A stretch of DNA of 63,949 nt, filler included, from Pelomyxa schiedti (taxonomy: Eukaryota; Protista; Evosea): NCBI GenBank assembly GCA_020536535.1. It is 5 parts of 5 records of this genome, joined end to end, with 100 filler letters (N's around TTAATTAATTAA, not from the genome) between each part and the next. Parts side by side here need not be neighbours in the genome. Positions count along the whole stretch, not along the records: positions 1 to 30,950 come from JAHLWZ010001002.1; 4 more parts are not named here. One strand, written 5' to 3'. Of this stretch, positions 1-11,663 are shown piece by piece (the first letter of the stretch is position 1; every line of letters begins with the position of its first letter). The notes beneath the pieces are model-generated. The model did no database searches. It saw only the letters and a list, made by a program, of their open reading frames with translations, and was not told where the DNA came from. A program made the translations under genes and the position numbers.

Positions 1-68
1 ACTTTAGCGGGATTGGAGAGACTGAGGACTGAGCCGAATCTGGACTATTACCAGAATGAGACAGCGAA
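1..68. repeat. Inverted-repeat copy (partner at 5311-5376); may extend beyond window start
   Basis: 1-68 (actttagcgggattggagagactgaggactgagcc..atctggactattaccagaatgagacagcgaa) is the near-exact reverse complement of 5311-5376. Confidence 0.85.
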
Positions 69-319
69 GGTAATGATCAGCGCACAGCGCAGCTGGGCGC
101 ACAAATACAGCAACAACAACGCGGCAGGCGGTTTTGATTACATGCACACTTGTCCGAGAATCCATTTGAACATTGCAGCCTTTTAACCCAATCGCACAAC
201 CGCTCTGCGAGATTTTACACACTTCCTTTTTACCCCCTTACAACAACGACCAAACAAACAAGAGAACCTCTTTATTCTCTTCACTCTCACTCGTTTTCTT
301 CCTCTGTGGGACTTATTCT

Positions 320-881
320 CGAGCCCACAGAAGCTAACACTCATTTTAGGCACGTTTCGGGCAGTGTCAATGACCCCAAGCTTGGAGACACCAGGCCGGG
401 TCCTTTCCCTCACGAGCGCGAATCTCTCCCCACGGCCGCAGTGATCCCCGCTCTCGCTGCCCACTGACAGCAGCTGCGTCCTCGGCTGTGTATCGTCGCT
501 GTGCGCCGGACCGACCCACCCACAGAACTCGTTGGTGGCCAAGCTGCCAACGTGGGCCACTCTGGGCGCGTCCACGAGGCCGAGCGTGGGCGACACGCTG
601 AGGGTGATCAGCTCGTGGTGGTCATCATCATCGGTGCCGCCACCACCATCACCGCCGACACCAGCGGCGCTCGTGAGGTCGATGGCGATGCGCTTGGCTG
701 GGAAAACAACCCACTCGCGGCCGATGAGTGACAGCACCGGGGGCGTGAGGGTCGATGCAGGGACAACGGTGCTGTTGTTGTGGCCGCGACGTCCCACAAT
801 CACGGCGGCGCCGAGGGCGATGAATTGACTCCGTGCGTACGTTGCGTCTTAGATGCCGACATGTGTGGACGACGACGACAT
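320..881 (-). pseudogene. Family A (DATYARxQFIAL) pseudogene, 5' half only
   Basis: ATG 881 reads MSSSSTHVGI*DATYARSQFIALG. TAA at 849-851 replaces the Lys codon of the paralogs starting at 9048 and 10349. Similarity ends after VIDTARNVPKMS. Confidence 0.85.
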
Positions 882-1236
882 GTGTGAGTGTTTGTTGTTG
901 TTCTTTTCCAGAAAGTGAAAAGCAATGGTCAAGATACGATTTTTCGTGAGGTGAGTGATGCTGTGTCTGGATTTCAAAAATCATCATTCTAAGCACAGTT
1001 CTCAAAAAGCGGCGCTGATTACTTGGTATTTTATTAATTGGTATTTAATACTTACTTTAACAATTATTAATTGAATACATAAGTTTAGAGGAAAATGGAA
1101 GAGGAAAAAGCGGTACCTGTGGCATAATCTCCCCTCGTACGCATCGATTACAAAAACGTCGACAAGTCCCAGCAAAATCGGACCCGTGGGTCACGCTGGT
1201 TTGCTAATTGTGTAAACAGTGAAGTTTCTGTTCTTT

Positions 1237-2724
1237 TCAACAGATGCAACATTGAGACTTGGGGGTTGGTGTTGGTGTGGGAGGGGGAGGGGGTGGGATG
1301 TATGGAGCAAATGGTTCATCTTCAATCACAGGGGAAGGAGGGAATGACACAGACACAAGCACCAACCCAGTGAGTGCATCGACGATGCCAGCCACATCAT
1401 CCCCTGCATCTGGGTTTGGATTTGGAGAAATCCTTGTGATAATGACTCCTTGTTGGGTGACAACAGGCCTTGCTGGATCGCAGCAGGGAATGGACATCAC
1501 TGGTGTCTGGAGGTTGTCAATGTGATACACCTGAGTGGTGATGGGACTCTTCTCAACTGACACAGCAATGTGAGTGGGCGTCACGCGTGAAACAGCACCA
1601 GAGAACTCCGTTGTCATTCTCGTCGCTGTGTTGAACACCACGTACCTGGAGTCAGCATGGGACAGAACTCGGATTGGGTCATCAACGAATGCAACAACTG
1701 AAATGGGGTACGGCAGCTCAACTTGTTTCACCACGCACAGACTCTTCTGATCAAAGCTTGCCCTCAAATCCACACACAGAAGGAACCCAACTGCAAAAGC
1801 CTTTCTGCACAGAACAACGAGCAGGTCATCACTCTCCCGAATAGACAGCGCCATTGGGTCTGACATTGCGTCCTTGCAGTCGGCTCCAACTATGACACCA
1901 ACACCCGCAGGAAGTGACCACAGACTACCCCCATCGCCACCTTGAAAAGCGCCACGCCGTTGAACACTGCTGCGATTCACATCAGTGCCACCACCACAGT
2001 CACCATCACTCAGCTTCCACACCATCACCCCACCAGAGGAATGCTGTGTAACAACAATCCACCTTGTGTTGCAGTGGTCAACCAAAGAGTTCCCCAGCCC
2101 ACTGTACAGGTACGACTCCAGCCTCCCATCGCCCCTCATGACCCATAAGCACTCCCACGCCGGCCGCGAGCTGCACATAACGACGTACCTCCCGCGCCCG
2201 ATGTATCCCCTGATCTCGGCCTGCTGGGCGTCGCACGACCCCGGCCCGGACAGCAGCGACTCCTGCGGCGGCAGCTGGGCCAACGACTTGTTGTAGTGCA
2301 CCTGGCCTGGGCTCGGCGCGTCGTACGCGGGCACGCACGCGAGGCCGCTGACGCCCATTGTGGGAGACACCGTCATCATCACGTGCACGCAGTGGGCGCC
2401 TCTCACCGACTTCACACTCACGCCGAGTCGGCGGTGTCCTCCTCCCGCTCCCCCGCTGAGACCAGAGGTACCGCCTGGGGGACTGTGGACCCAGGGGCGG
2501 CCGATGTGGGCGGCGAGGATGGAGGGGGGCACGACGCGGGCCGGGCTGCGGGCGCCGCATCGGGGCACGACGGAGGCCGCGGCGAGGGCCACGAACTGTT
2601 CCCGCGACGACAAAAGAGCGCGGCACCACGACTGGACGTCGACGCCGGTGCCTTGTTCTTTATAGAGGTCGTGGATGTCGGTGTCCAGAAGGTGTTCAAC
2701 GCGTTGTTGGGTTCCGCTACTCAT
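1237..2724 (-). CDS. Family B intronless orphan protein (495 aa): REQFVAL..PRCG..SP box, beta-rich body, Pro-rich tail, C-terminal CCIC
   Basis: Uninterrupted ATG-initiated ORF; close paralog at 11806-13290; N-terminal box related to family A. Confidence 0.85.
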   Translation of the reverse strand: MSSGTQQRVEHLLDTDIHDLYKEQGTGVDVQSWCRALLSSREQFVALAAASVVPRCGARSPARVVPPSILAAHIGRPWVHSPPGGTSGLSGGAGGGHRRLGVSVKSVRGAHCVHVMMTVSPTMGVSGLACVPAYDAPSPGQVHYNKSLAQLPPQESLLSGPGSCDAQQAEIRGYIGRGRYVVMCSSRPAWECLWVMRGDGRLESYLYSGLGNSLVDHCNTRWIVVTQHSSGGVMVWKLSDGDCGGGTDVNRSSVQRRGAFQGGDGGSLWSLPAGVGVIVGADCKDAMSDPMALSIRESDDLLVVLCRKAFAVGFLLCVDLRASFDQKSLCVVKQVELPYPISVVAFVDDPIRVLSHADSRYVVFNTATRMTTEFSGAVSRVTPTHIAVSVEKSPITTQVYHIDNLQTPVMSIPCCDPARPVVTQQGVIITRISPNPNPDAGDDVAGIVDALTGLVLVSVSFPPSPVIEDEPFAPYIPPPPPPTPTPTPKSQCCIC

Positions 2725-2973
2725 TTTTTTACAGGAAAAAGCCGTCTTAGATGTTCCGACTTGAGATTGCGGTTGGAGAGGAAACCCAGCAGCTCAGAAT
2801 TCCCTGCTGCAGGAAGTGGTAGCTTTTGTTTGTTCTTTTCTTAGGGGTAGTTCTTCAAACTACTACTCAGTATTCCACCAAGATACAACCTGCTCCAGCC
2901 AACTCAAAACAAGATGGTAGTTAATTGCATGGGTGGCTGGTTGGCATTTTAGTCCAAGTGCCAATCTTTGTTT

Positions 2974-4068
2974 TCAAAACCCAGCAACACCCAACACATC
3001 AAAATCTGCTTGGAATTTGAAGACAACAAATCCAGAAACTGCATCAGTGACAATAATGTGAGCAGTTTCCCTGACAACCATCTCGTGCCCAAAATGCAGT
3101 GTGGTGAGCCTTCCACACTTGTGGCAGCAGCACAACTTGGTGGGTTCCACAACACTGAACACTTCTCTGTCAAGTGTGTTGTGGTTTGTCACTTTAAAGT
3201 ATGGCCCACCAATCGGCCAACCCCTGCCCTGTGCCAATGCTGTCCTTTGGCCATTGTCCAAGCAGATAACCGCTGGGTTTCTGCCACCAGTCAGGGCATA
3301 AGTGATTCCCTTCCAGCACATGAGGGTGCTGTCAGATTCCTCTGGGTAAAGTGATGTCAGGTGCCGTGGTGGGCATTCAAGAACCAGCCTTTTCTGTGCG
3401 AATGTAGCCTCCAAGTCGATTGTGATCACGCCTCCCCCGAATTGTGTTGCCACCCCAGAATGGTCACTTCGAAATGCAACGCTGTGCACCTCAAACGGTA
3501 ACTTAATCTCCTCTACCTTTCCGCTCTCAACTTCATCGAAATTCCACAGTGACATTGTACCCTGGCCCTCTCCCTCCTCGCAGGTTGTTGCCCAGCGCCT
3601 GTTGTTGCACAACACCCCCAATGTTGTCGTGTACACCAGTGGGGGCACTCGGTTATGGGTGTCCATCACACTCCACCACGTGACATTGCCTGCATACTTG
3701 GTCACAATGGCGAACCGGTCGCCCAGGGACTCAGGCCCAACGAATCCAACTTTTCTGGGAGTGCCTCCGTCGGCAAAAAGGACCTCCGCGATTGTGGGAT
3801 GGCCGACGAGGCCCAGAGTCGGCGACAGGCTGAACTTGACCTCGTACATCTGCCCGCCGTTGGGCGCCACGGCGCTGACGCACGCGCGCCTGGACGGGAG
3901 CACGACCCAATTCTGGCCGAGGAGAGACAGCGACGGCGGCGTGAGGGCCGACGCTGGGCTGGACCGGCCGCACCGTCCCACAATGGCCCCGACGCCGAGT
4001 GCAATGAATTGGTCGCGTGCGTACGTTGCCCCTTCGATCGCGAGTGGCTTGATGGAGATGATCGACAT
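2974..4068 (-). CDS. Family A intronless protein (364 aa)
   Basis: ATYARDQFIALGVGAIVGRCG, SPTLGLV, CWKG, PIGGPYF and DAVSGFVVFK motifs shared with the other copies in the window. Confidence 0.88.
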   Translation of the reverse strand: MSIISIKPLAIEGATYARDQFIALGVGAIVGRCGRSSPASALTPPSLSLLGQNWVVLPSRRACVSAVAPNGGQMYEVKFSLSPTLGLVGHPTIAEVLFADGGTPRKVGFVGPESLGDRFAIVTKYAGNVTWWSVMDTHNRVPPLVYTTTLGVLCNNRRWATTCEEGEGQGTMSLWNFDEVESGKVEEIKLPFEVHSVAFRSDHSGVATQFGGGVITIDLEATFAQKRLVLECPPRHLTSLYPEESDSTLMCWKGITYALTGGRNPAVICLDNGQRTALAQGRGWPIGGPYFKVTNHNTLDREVFSVVEPTKLCCCHKCGRLTTLHFGHEMVVRETAHIIVTDAVSGFVVFKFQADFDVLGVAGF

Positions 4069-4128
4069 TCTTCTTGAAGATGAAGCGGATTCTCTGAAAT
4101 CAGGGCTCTTTTGTTTTTTTCAAGATGA

Positions 4129-5235
4129 CAGATCTGGCGCGACTGGGTCGTGTCCACCTCGGGAAAGTTCGCCCTGGTGATTGAGGAAAGGGGTGGAGGG
4201 GGACGGGGACGAGCTGCTGCTGACCGTGACGGCGTCGTGACGTGGTCAGTTGCATTTGACGTGTCACTGACCACCATGGGGATGATCACCCGCGACGTGG
4301 CCGTCTCTGACGCCAAGGCGTCTGGTGTCACAGTGCTGAAGAAACAGCAGCCCGGAAGTGGGGGCACTTACTTGTGGCTGCACAAGGCGGAGAGTGCTGC
4401 TGTTGACTCTCTGGGGCGGATGGAGCGCCATGTTAGAAATTACAGGGGGCTCTACTTGTGCGGAGCACTCAACGGAAAGTGGTGGGTGACACTGGGCTGG
4501 AGGGCAAGAGCAAATGGAGCAAGCATCACCATCAGCACCCCCAAAAGTTCGCAAGGGATACCAAAGGAGAGAACCAAGCCTGATGTGAAGGTATCTATGT
4601 TGCTGCCTGAGAGTTCCTGTCACACAATGAGGATGTTCCGCAACAACACTGTTCCTGATGAGGTGCTGCTTACTTTGAGTTGTTGCGAAACCACCACCAT
4701 TTCATTCACACTTTTTGATGTGCTCAAGACATACGAATCCCAGAAGTTCACTGCTTTGATTCAGACATCCACAGAGAGTAGGCAGGACTCCTTTGGTTAC
4801 GGTACTTCCCTCCAATTACCTGATGCAGCACTGGTTTTGAGGCGGAAGAAGACTGATGGCGCTGTCATTTTTATTGTGAAGTCGTATGGCAATTTTGTGT
4901 TTCAGGTGGAAGCTGACACAGGGACTGCCAGAGTGCTTTCAGCCAGGTGCTCTGACTTGTCCCAGTTGGACGACTGCGTGTTCTGTGTTGGGATGGCATG
5001 GGACAACTCTTACCAGCTGTGGGACTGCAACAACACGCACCAACCACTGAGGTGCACAAACTGTGGGGACACCTTTGATCAGGTTGTTTGCGGCAGGGGG
5101 CTTTTGTTTGCAGTGCAAACCAGTGACAGGAAGATTCTGGTGATTGAGTCTGGTGTTGTGGTGATCTCCTTTGATGTTTTGCCTTCTGGGGGAGGAGATT
5201 TTTGCATCAACCAACAGTCCTCTCTGTTGTGGTGA
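4129..5235 (+). pseudogene. 5'-truncated, divergent relative of the orphan superfamily (~368 codons open)
   Basis: Frame opens after TGA 4126-4128 with QIWRDWVV..FDVSLTTMG (cf. IGREWVV..SVSPTLG), then NGKWW, YQLWDCNN and a beta-rich body. No in-frame ATG until 4276; the RDQF/RCG box is missing. Confidence 0.55.
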
Positions 5236-5310
5236 TAAACACAAAAAAAAAAAAAGCCCATGATGATGCTTCTGCATAACTGATGGCGCCATCAGTCTTC
5301 TTCCGCCTCA

Positions 5311-5376
5311 TTCGCTGTCTCATTCTGGTAATAGTCCAGATGGCTCAGTCCTCAGTCTCTCCAATCCTGCTAAAGT
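5311..5376. repeat. Inverted-repeat copy (partner at 1-68)
   Basis: Reverse-complement match to the window start. Confidence 0.85.
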
Positions 5377-6039
5377 GTGCAAGGACTTCAGAGCAAGGCC
5401 AAGTTCGTGTTTGTGGAAGTACACACTTACTCACCCACAAGAACAATCATCATCAAATTCCACGAATCTGAGCCCTCCCATGTCTCCCAGTTTCACCCCA
5501 CCAGACTCAAAAAACAACGACAACCGAGGCAACACAAGCCATCAGCGCACACACACCAAATCACGGAATCAACTGGGAAGTGATCTCGGTGCAATTGATT
5601 GGTTTTTGGGAAAATCGCAATTGCAGATAATTTATCTGTTACCAACCAATTGGCGGACTTATAAACCCCCAAAGAACACAAAATAACAAAATTACAAAAC
5701 AAATCCAAGATCTACACACAGAGTCCGGAGCAACATGCGACCGGGTCATACGTATGCACACTCACAACCTTGTTTTTTTGTTGCCTCCGGGCCTGCGACA
5801 CACCCACCCTCGACGCAGTTACCGTGCTGTTTTTGTCGTATTCTTATTTCCGGTCAGGTTTTCGTCGTGCAACTCCACGTGTCTACAACACACTCTGCTC
5901 TGTGCTTCAAGGGGCACGGATCTACCAGACAGCAGGTAAAATGCCTTTTATCATTATTTTTTCTTACGATTATTGTGTGTAGATGATGCACCATCATCAT
6001 TGCTGAAGAAGACCCGATGCGCTGTGTCGTTCGCTCAAC

Positions 6040-6825
6040 AAACAACAGGCCAACACACACACACACCCCTCGGGGTGGCGGATGCCGTGGTTCGCGTTGT
6101 GGGTGTTGCCACCGCCGTCCACCGTGCCTTCAACAAGCACGGTGCTGTGTGGGGTGGCTCTCGTCTCTCCGCGATTCCGTGCCGTCCTCCGCCTTGAGCG
6201 GGAATGATGTGCCACACGTCACCTCTGTCGCATGAGGAGCACAACAAACCAGGTGTGACATCTTTTATTTTAAGTGATTCTTAACCCGTTTTCCAGAATT
6301 ATCACTTGAGATTAATCATCCATATCATCCGCAGCAACAAAAGGCCAACACACACACACCCCACTCGGGGGGGTGGATGCCGTGGTTCGCGTTGTGGGTG
6401 TTGCCACCGCCGTCCACCGTGCCTTTAACAAGTGCGGTGCTGTGTGGGGTGGCTCTCGTCTCTCCGCGATTCCGTGCCGTCCTCCACCTTGAGCGGGAAT
6501 GCTGTGCCACACATCATGCCTCTGCCATGAGGAGCACAACAAACAGGTGTGCATCTTTTATTTCAAATGACTCTTAACCCGCTTTCCAGAGTCGAGCAGC
6601 GGAATCATCACTTGAGATAGTAATCATCCATATGAGCAACAACAGGCCAACACACACACACACACACACACACCCCTCGGGGTGGCGGATGCCGTGGTTC
6701 GCGTTGTGGGTGTTGCCACTGCCGTCCACCGTGCCTTCAACAAGCACGGTGCTGTGTGGGGTGGCTCTCGTCTCTCCGCGATTCCGTGCCATCCTCCACC
6801 TTGAGCGGAATGTGCCACACATCAT
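6040..6825. repeat. Tandem repeat, ~300 bp unit, about 2.6 copies, each starting with a (CA)n tract
   Basis: Units start at ~6043, 6338 and 6640 (caacaggccaacacac..cggggtggcggatgccgtggttcgcgttgtggg..); highly similar, with variable CA length. Confidence 0.92.
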
Positions 6826-6949
6826 CAACAACATCTGACAGAGAGCTCCCATTCACCGGTTCTTGCTTTTTCCCACTTTCCGCTCTCGCTGTGTCCATCC
6901 ACACGGCTACTAAATCCTGGGAAAAAAGAATCAAGATATTTTTGTGAAC

Positions 6950-7660
6950 CCCAAAATTCCTTCCTGTGGTTTCGAATGGGTCGATCAAAACAAAGCCACC
7001 CAGGGTCTTCTTGGTGCTGTAGTTCCAAAACCTTGGAAAAAGAATCCCCTGGCCATTTCAACTGTGTCAGCACAAAGAAAGGCCCTCCTTCAAGCAATGG
7101 TGTCCTCTGACCAGTGTTTAGGCAGATGAGAGGCAAGTATTGCCAGAAGTAAGTGGGAACGCATAAGTCATTCCCTTCCAGCAAATAGCTAGCACTGTCG
7201 AGTTCCACACCGAAAGTGCCTTTTCCACGCAGTTGTGGATGCAAAACCACCTCCTGCCATTGTAGCAGCGGTCACCGATGATATGCAGCGTGACAGGTAT
7301 CTGCACGTGTGCGTGGCCCTTGGTGTCACCCATACACAGCTTGGTGTCCCCATCGCCCAAGAGAGCGAACCTAGCTGGAGCTCCAGCATTATGGGATGTG
7401 GATCGCCGCGGGCCCACCCAGCCACGGAAATCAACAAAGTCCCTGCCATGTGCCCCGATGTCGATGTCAATGTCGGCAGGTAGGTCGACGAGGCCGAGCA
7501 TCGGCGACACACTGAACACGATGAGCTCCAGCAGCTTTGAGGACGACGTGCCTCGCTGGGAAGACGACCCACTCCGCGGCCGACGATGTGTGACAGGGAC
7601 GACGGCGTCGGGGTGGTGGCGTCCAAAGTTAAACAGCTGGCTTTCGGTCCCCATCATCGT
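6950..7660 (-). pseudogene. Decayed family A copy
   Basis: FSVSPMLGLV, GWVGP, RFAL, NGRRW and SVWN fused almost directly to ICWKGMTYA (internal deletion); frameshift into CLNTGQRTPL..GGPFF; N-terminal box absent. Confidence 0.8.
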
Positions 7661-7857
7661 CATACCACGGACCTCTTTGCTTTGATTCCCTGGTGTTAGG
7701 TGAAAAACGAGTCGGCAGTGTTCGTAACACAAGCCATTGAAGAAAAAGGCGTGGAACAGGAAGTGTTTAGGGTTCGAATCGTTGTTGTTCATCAAACTGA
7801 GTTGCATTAGATTTTATTTCCAGCTTGTAAGTCACGCAATGAACGAAGGACCCTCTG

Positions 7858-9048
7858 TTAAGCACTTTGCACACAACAAAAACCAGACAGGGCATCAATG
7901 ATCTCAATGTCACCTGGCCTATGATTCTTCAGAGCCCCAGTGCCTCGTACGGCAATCTCCTGCATTGTAAACATGGTGCTCTCCATAGCATTGTAGTGCA
8001 CACAGCACACCTTGGTTGGCTCCAATACACTGCGCACTTCTATGCAATAGCCTTCACTCCTTGAAGGGAGTGTGACTGCAAAGTAAGGCCCTCCAATTGG
8101 TTTCGCATTTCCATCACCCAATTGAGTCCTCTTGCCAGTCTCCAGGCACAACAGACCCGCTGTGCTTGGGGAACGTGAGTGCAGGATGTAGTGGATTCCC
8201 TTCCAGCACAAAACACCGTGAACGGATTGAGCCCTGTCAGGAGAAGGGACTGAGGTGATCCTGCCTATCACCATCCTCTGTTCCAGGGTGGCTTCGAGGT
8301 CAATGACCATGACAGAGCACACATCGCTCACTATGCACGCCACAACAAGTGAAGAACCAGAACCCCCTTCATCACCATCAAAGGCCGCCTTGTTCACAGC
8401 AAACGGCAAGGCCATGTTCTCCACTTTGGTGACGATTCCAAGCTCAATACCATCGAGGTTCCACAGTGACATCCTGCGACTGTGGATCACAGCAGCCCAC
8501 TTCCTGTTAGCGTACAACACTGCACTGATTGCGTAAGAAGCTTGGGTCAGGCTCATTTTAGGGATTTCCCTGTCAGTGTCAATTACAACCACAATTGGCC
8601 CCGCCTTGTGCTTCAAAAGCGCGAATCTCTCTTCAGGGTCATGACCATTACCATGAGCACTGTTGCTGTTGCTCTTGTAATTGTTGAGCCTGTGCGTCGA
8701 CGGTCCGACCCACCCGCGGAACCCAGTCACGAAGTTGAAGTCGTCGATTTTGGCCACTCTGGGCCCGTGCACGAGGCCGAGCGTGGGCGACACGCTGAGG
8801 GTGATCAGCTCGTGGTGGGCACCGCCGCCACTCGTGAGGTCGATGGCGATGCGCTTGGCTGCGAAGACAACCCACTCGCGGCCGATGAGTGACAGCAGCG
8901 GGGGCGTGAGGGCTGAAACCGGCGCCCTGCTGCAGCAGCTGCTGTCGTCGCCGCCGCGGGCGCAACGCCCCACGACCACGGCGGCGCCGAGGGCGATGAA
9001 CTGGCTCCGTGCGTACGTTGCGTCCTTGATGCCGACATGTGTGGACAT
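7858..9048 (-). CDS. Family A intronless protein (396 aa); +1 frameshift in the last ~20 codons
   Basis: MSTHVGIKDATYARSQFIALG. An extra base in the A5 run at 7888-7892 turns GFVVCKVLNRG.. (cf. paralog GFVVCRVVNRE) into GFCCVQSA*. Confidence 0.82.
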   Translation of the reverse strand: MSTHVGIKDATYARSQFIALGAAVVVGRCARGGDDSSCCSRAPVSALTPPLLSLIGREWVVFAAKRIAIDLTSGGGAHHELITLSVSPTLGLVHGPRVAKIDDFNFVTGFRGWVGPSTHRLNNYKSNSNSAHGNGHDPEERFALLKHKAGPIVVVIDTDREIPKMSLTQASYAISAVLYANRKWAAVIHSRRMSLWNLDGIELGIVTKVENMALPFAVNKAAFDGDEGGSGSSLVVACIVSDVCSVMVIDLEATLEQRMVIGRITSVPSPDRAQSVHGVLCWKGIHYILHSRSPSTAGLLCLETGKRTQLGDGNAKPIGGPYFAVTLPSRSEGYCIEVRSVLEPTKVCCVHYNAMESTMFTMQEIAVRGTGALKNHRPGDIEIIDALSGFCCVQSA

Positions 9049-9129
9049 TACAGATCAATGTAAACGAAATTTACAAATGACAAAACAAAAAAAAATTGAA
9101 ATGCTTGTCAGGCATTGGCCACAATCTTG

Positions 9130-10349
9130 TCATGTAACTTCATCTACAAACCACTCTCTGTTCACCACTCTGCACACAACAAAGCCAGATACTGCATCAA
9201 TGATCTCAATGTCACCTGGCCTGTGGTGCTCATACCGAGCACCAGTGTCTCTCACAACAACCTCTTTCCTTATAAACACACCTCCATCCTCAACATACTT
9301 GTGCACACAGAGCACCTTTGTTGGTTCCAAAATACTGAACACCTCTATGCAATACTTAGTGGGGGTTGAACCCTCACTTGAAGGGCGCGTGACTGCAAAG
9401 TAAGGCCCTCCAATTGGATGCGCATTTCCTGACCCCAATGATGTTTTCTGGCGGGTTTCCAGGCACAACATGCCTGCTCTGTTTGGGTAACCAGAGAACA
9501 GGACATGGTGCATTCCCTTCCAGCACACAACACCTTGAATAGATTCATCCATGCTAGCACAATAAATTGAGATGGGCCTTCCAACAACCCTCTTCTCCAC
9601 CAGCGTGGCATCCAGATCGATGATCATTGCACTGTAAAAACCTCTCGCACTGACTACGACAACGAGTGAGCCGTCGTCAGGGTCAAAGGCAACCCTGTCC
9701 ACACTCCACGGCAGGCTCATGTTCTCCGCCTTGGTGACGATTCCGCTCTCGATACCAGCGAGGTTCCAAAGTGACATTGTGCCGTTCCACCAATTCTTGA
9801 TCACTGCCTCCACTTCCTGTTCCCACACACCACGTCGCCACGCGGGTTGGGGAGGTCTGCGACACTCACCGCCGGTGCCTCCAGTCTGGCAGTGTCGATG
9901 ACACCCACCTGGCAGGCTCCAGCGCCTACCCTCCTTGACACCACAAGCGCGAATCTTTCATCCGCCGAATCAGAACCAGAGGCAGAACCACCCACCCACC
10001 CACGGAACCCCCAGTTTTCAACGGTGCCCCCAATGTCGGCCAACACTCTGTGCGCGTCCACGAGGCCGAGGGTCAGCGACACGCTGAGGGTGATCAGCTC
10101 GTGGTGGGCAGCGGTGCCACCACCCGCAGTGAGGTCGATGGCGAGGCGCTTGGCTGCGAAGACGACCCACTCGCGTCCGATGAGGCACAGCAGCGAGGGC
10201 GTGAGGGCTGAAACCGGCGCCCTGCTGCAGCAGCAGCTGTTGTCGTCGCCGCCGCGGGCGCAACGCCCCACGACCACGGCGGCGCCGAGGGCGATGAATT
10301 GGCTCCGTGCGTACGTTGCGTCTTTGATGCCGACATGTGTGGACGACAT
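9130..10349 (-). pseudogene. Family A copy with a single frameshift
   Basis: ORFs 9801-10349 and 9130-9828 are the two halves of one gene; 1-nt deletion at ~9808-9809 after NRKW (paralog reads NRKWAAVI). Could be an assembly error. Confidence 0.8.
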
Positions 10350-10420
10350 GTCGATTAATTGCGGCAATTAATTGTGGATTTTTTTGATTCGAAAGAACTT
10401 GTGGTTTTGCTTTTCACACA

Positions 10421-11602
10421 TCACTCTAGCACTTTGCTCACATGAAAATCTGTACGTTCCATTTTGAAGACTACAAACCCAGACACAGAATCGCTGAACT
10501 CAATGTAAGAACCCTCAGTTTCCCTGACAGCCATCTCATGCCCAAAATACAACGTAGACTGGTCTTCCAAGTGGCTGTGGCTCACTTTTGTTGGTTCCAC
10601 AACACTGTACACTTCTCTGACATTATATCCAGATTTGGTGCATGCCACCTCAAAGTATGGCCCGCCAATTGGAACCCCTGCTCCTTGAGGCAGTGGCGTC
10701 CTCTGCCCAGTGTTCATGCACAACAATGAAGCAACATCCACTGAAGAGACCAATGCATAAGTCAGACCTTTCCAACACACGAGGCCATGACAGAATTCTT
10801 TCTCTGCAAGGTGAGACATGTATGTCTGCGGGGATTTAATGAGCCTGTTCTGTGCCAAAGTGGCCTTCAGATCAACTGTAAGTACACGGCCCCCAATCCT
10901 TGTTAACACGAGCAAATTGTGGTCATCAAACGCCCTCCTGTGCACCGACCACGGCAGAGCAATTTCCTCCACTTTGGTCACATTTCCGTTCTCAATGTCG
11001 TCAAAGTTCCACAGGGTCATTGTCACATTCCACCTGTTCCTGATGGCTGCAGCCCACCTCCTGCTGATGCACATCCCACAAAAGAGCGGCCAATAGTCAG
11101 TCAGGCTCATTTCCGCCACTTTCCCCTTCGTGTCAATCACACTCCACCTTCTGTATCCAGCACGCTTGGAGGCTGAAACCACAAGTGCAAACCTGCAGCC
11201 CAACGACCGAGGCCCAACCCACGCAACTTTGCTCACGTCATCACAGGCGCAAAAGCAACTCCAGTCTGCGAGACCGCTGTCGACGTCCAGCAACGTGGGC
11301 TTGTCCACGAGGCCAAGGGTCGGCGAGATGCTGAAAGTTATGATGCACGTCTTTGTGATCTTGAAAGTGAGCTCGACGACTACGGGCCTCGCGGGCACCA
11401 CCACCCAATTCTGGCCCACAATCGACAAGGACGAGGGGGCAAGCACTGACGCGGGGCTGGCACGCCCGCAACGTCCCACAATTACCCCGACGCCGAGCGC
11501 GATGAATTGGGCGAGGGCGTACGTTGCGTCTTTTATTTTGAGCAGTTGTGGTTCTGCAGAAGATGAGGGCACAACGACGTCGTCGGTAGTTATCATCAAC
11601 AT
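10421..11602 (-). CDS. Family A intronless protein (393 aa)
   Basis: IKDATYALAQFIALGVGVIVGRCG through DSVSGFVVFK, uninterrupted. Confidence 0.88.
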   Translation of the reverse strand: MLMITTDDVVVPSSSAEPQLLKIKDATYALAQFIALGVGVIVGRCGRASPASVLAPSSLSIVGQNWVVVPARPVVVELTFKITKTCIITFSISPTLGLVDKPTLLDVDSGLADWSCFCACDDVSKVAWVGPRSLGCRFALVVSASKRAGYRRWSVIDTKGKVAEMSLTDYWPLFCGMCISRRWAAAIRNRWNVTMTLWNFDDIENGNVTKVEEIALPWSVHRRAFDDHNLLVLTRIGGRVLTVDLKATLAQNRLIKSPQTYMSHLAEKEFCHGLVCWKGLTYALVSSVDVASLLCMNTGQRTPLPQGAGVPIGGPYFEVACTKSGYNVREVYSVVEPTKVSHSHLEDQSTLYFGHEMAVRETEGSYIEFSDSVSGFVVFKMERTDFHVSKVLE

Positions 11603-11663
11603 CCGATAAGAGCCAGTTTTGATGATGTAGATTTAGAGAACCGAAGGTATCTATGCCGCTGGA

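Noticed and set aside
6040-6825. CRISPR array
   Set aside because: The unit is ~300 bp with no unique spacers, there are no cas genes, and the context is eukaryotic
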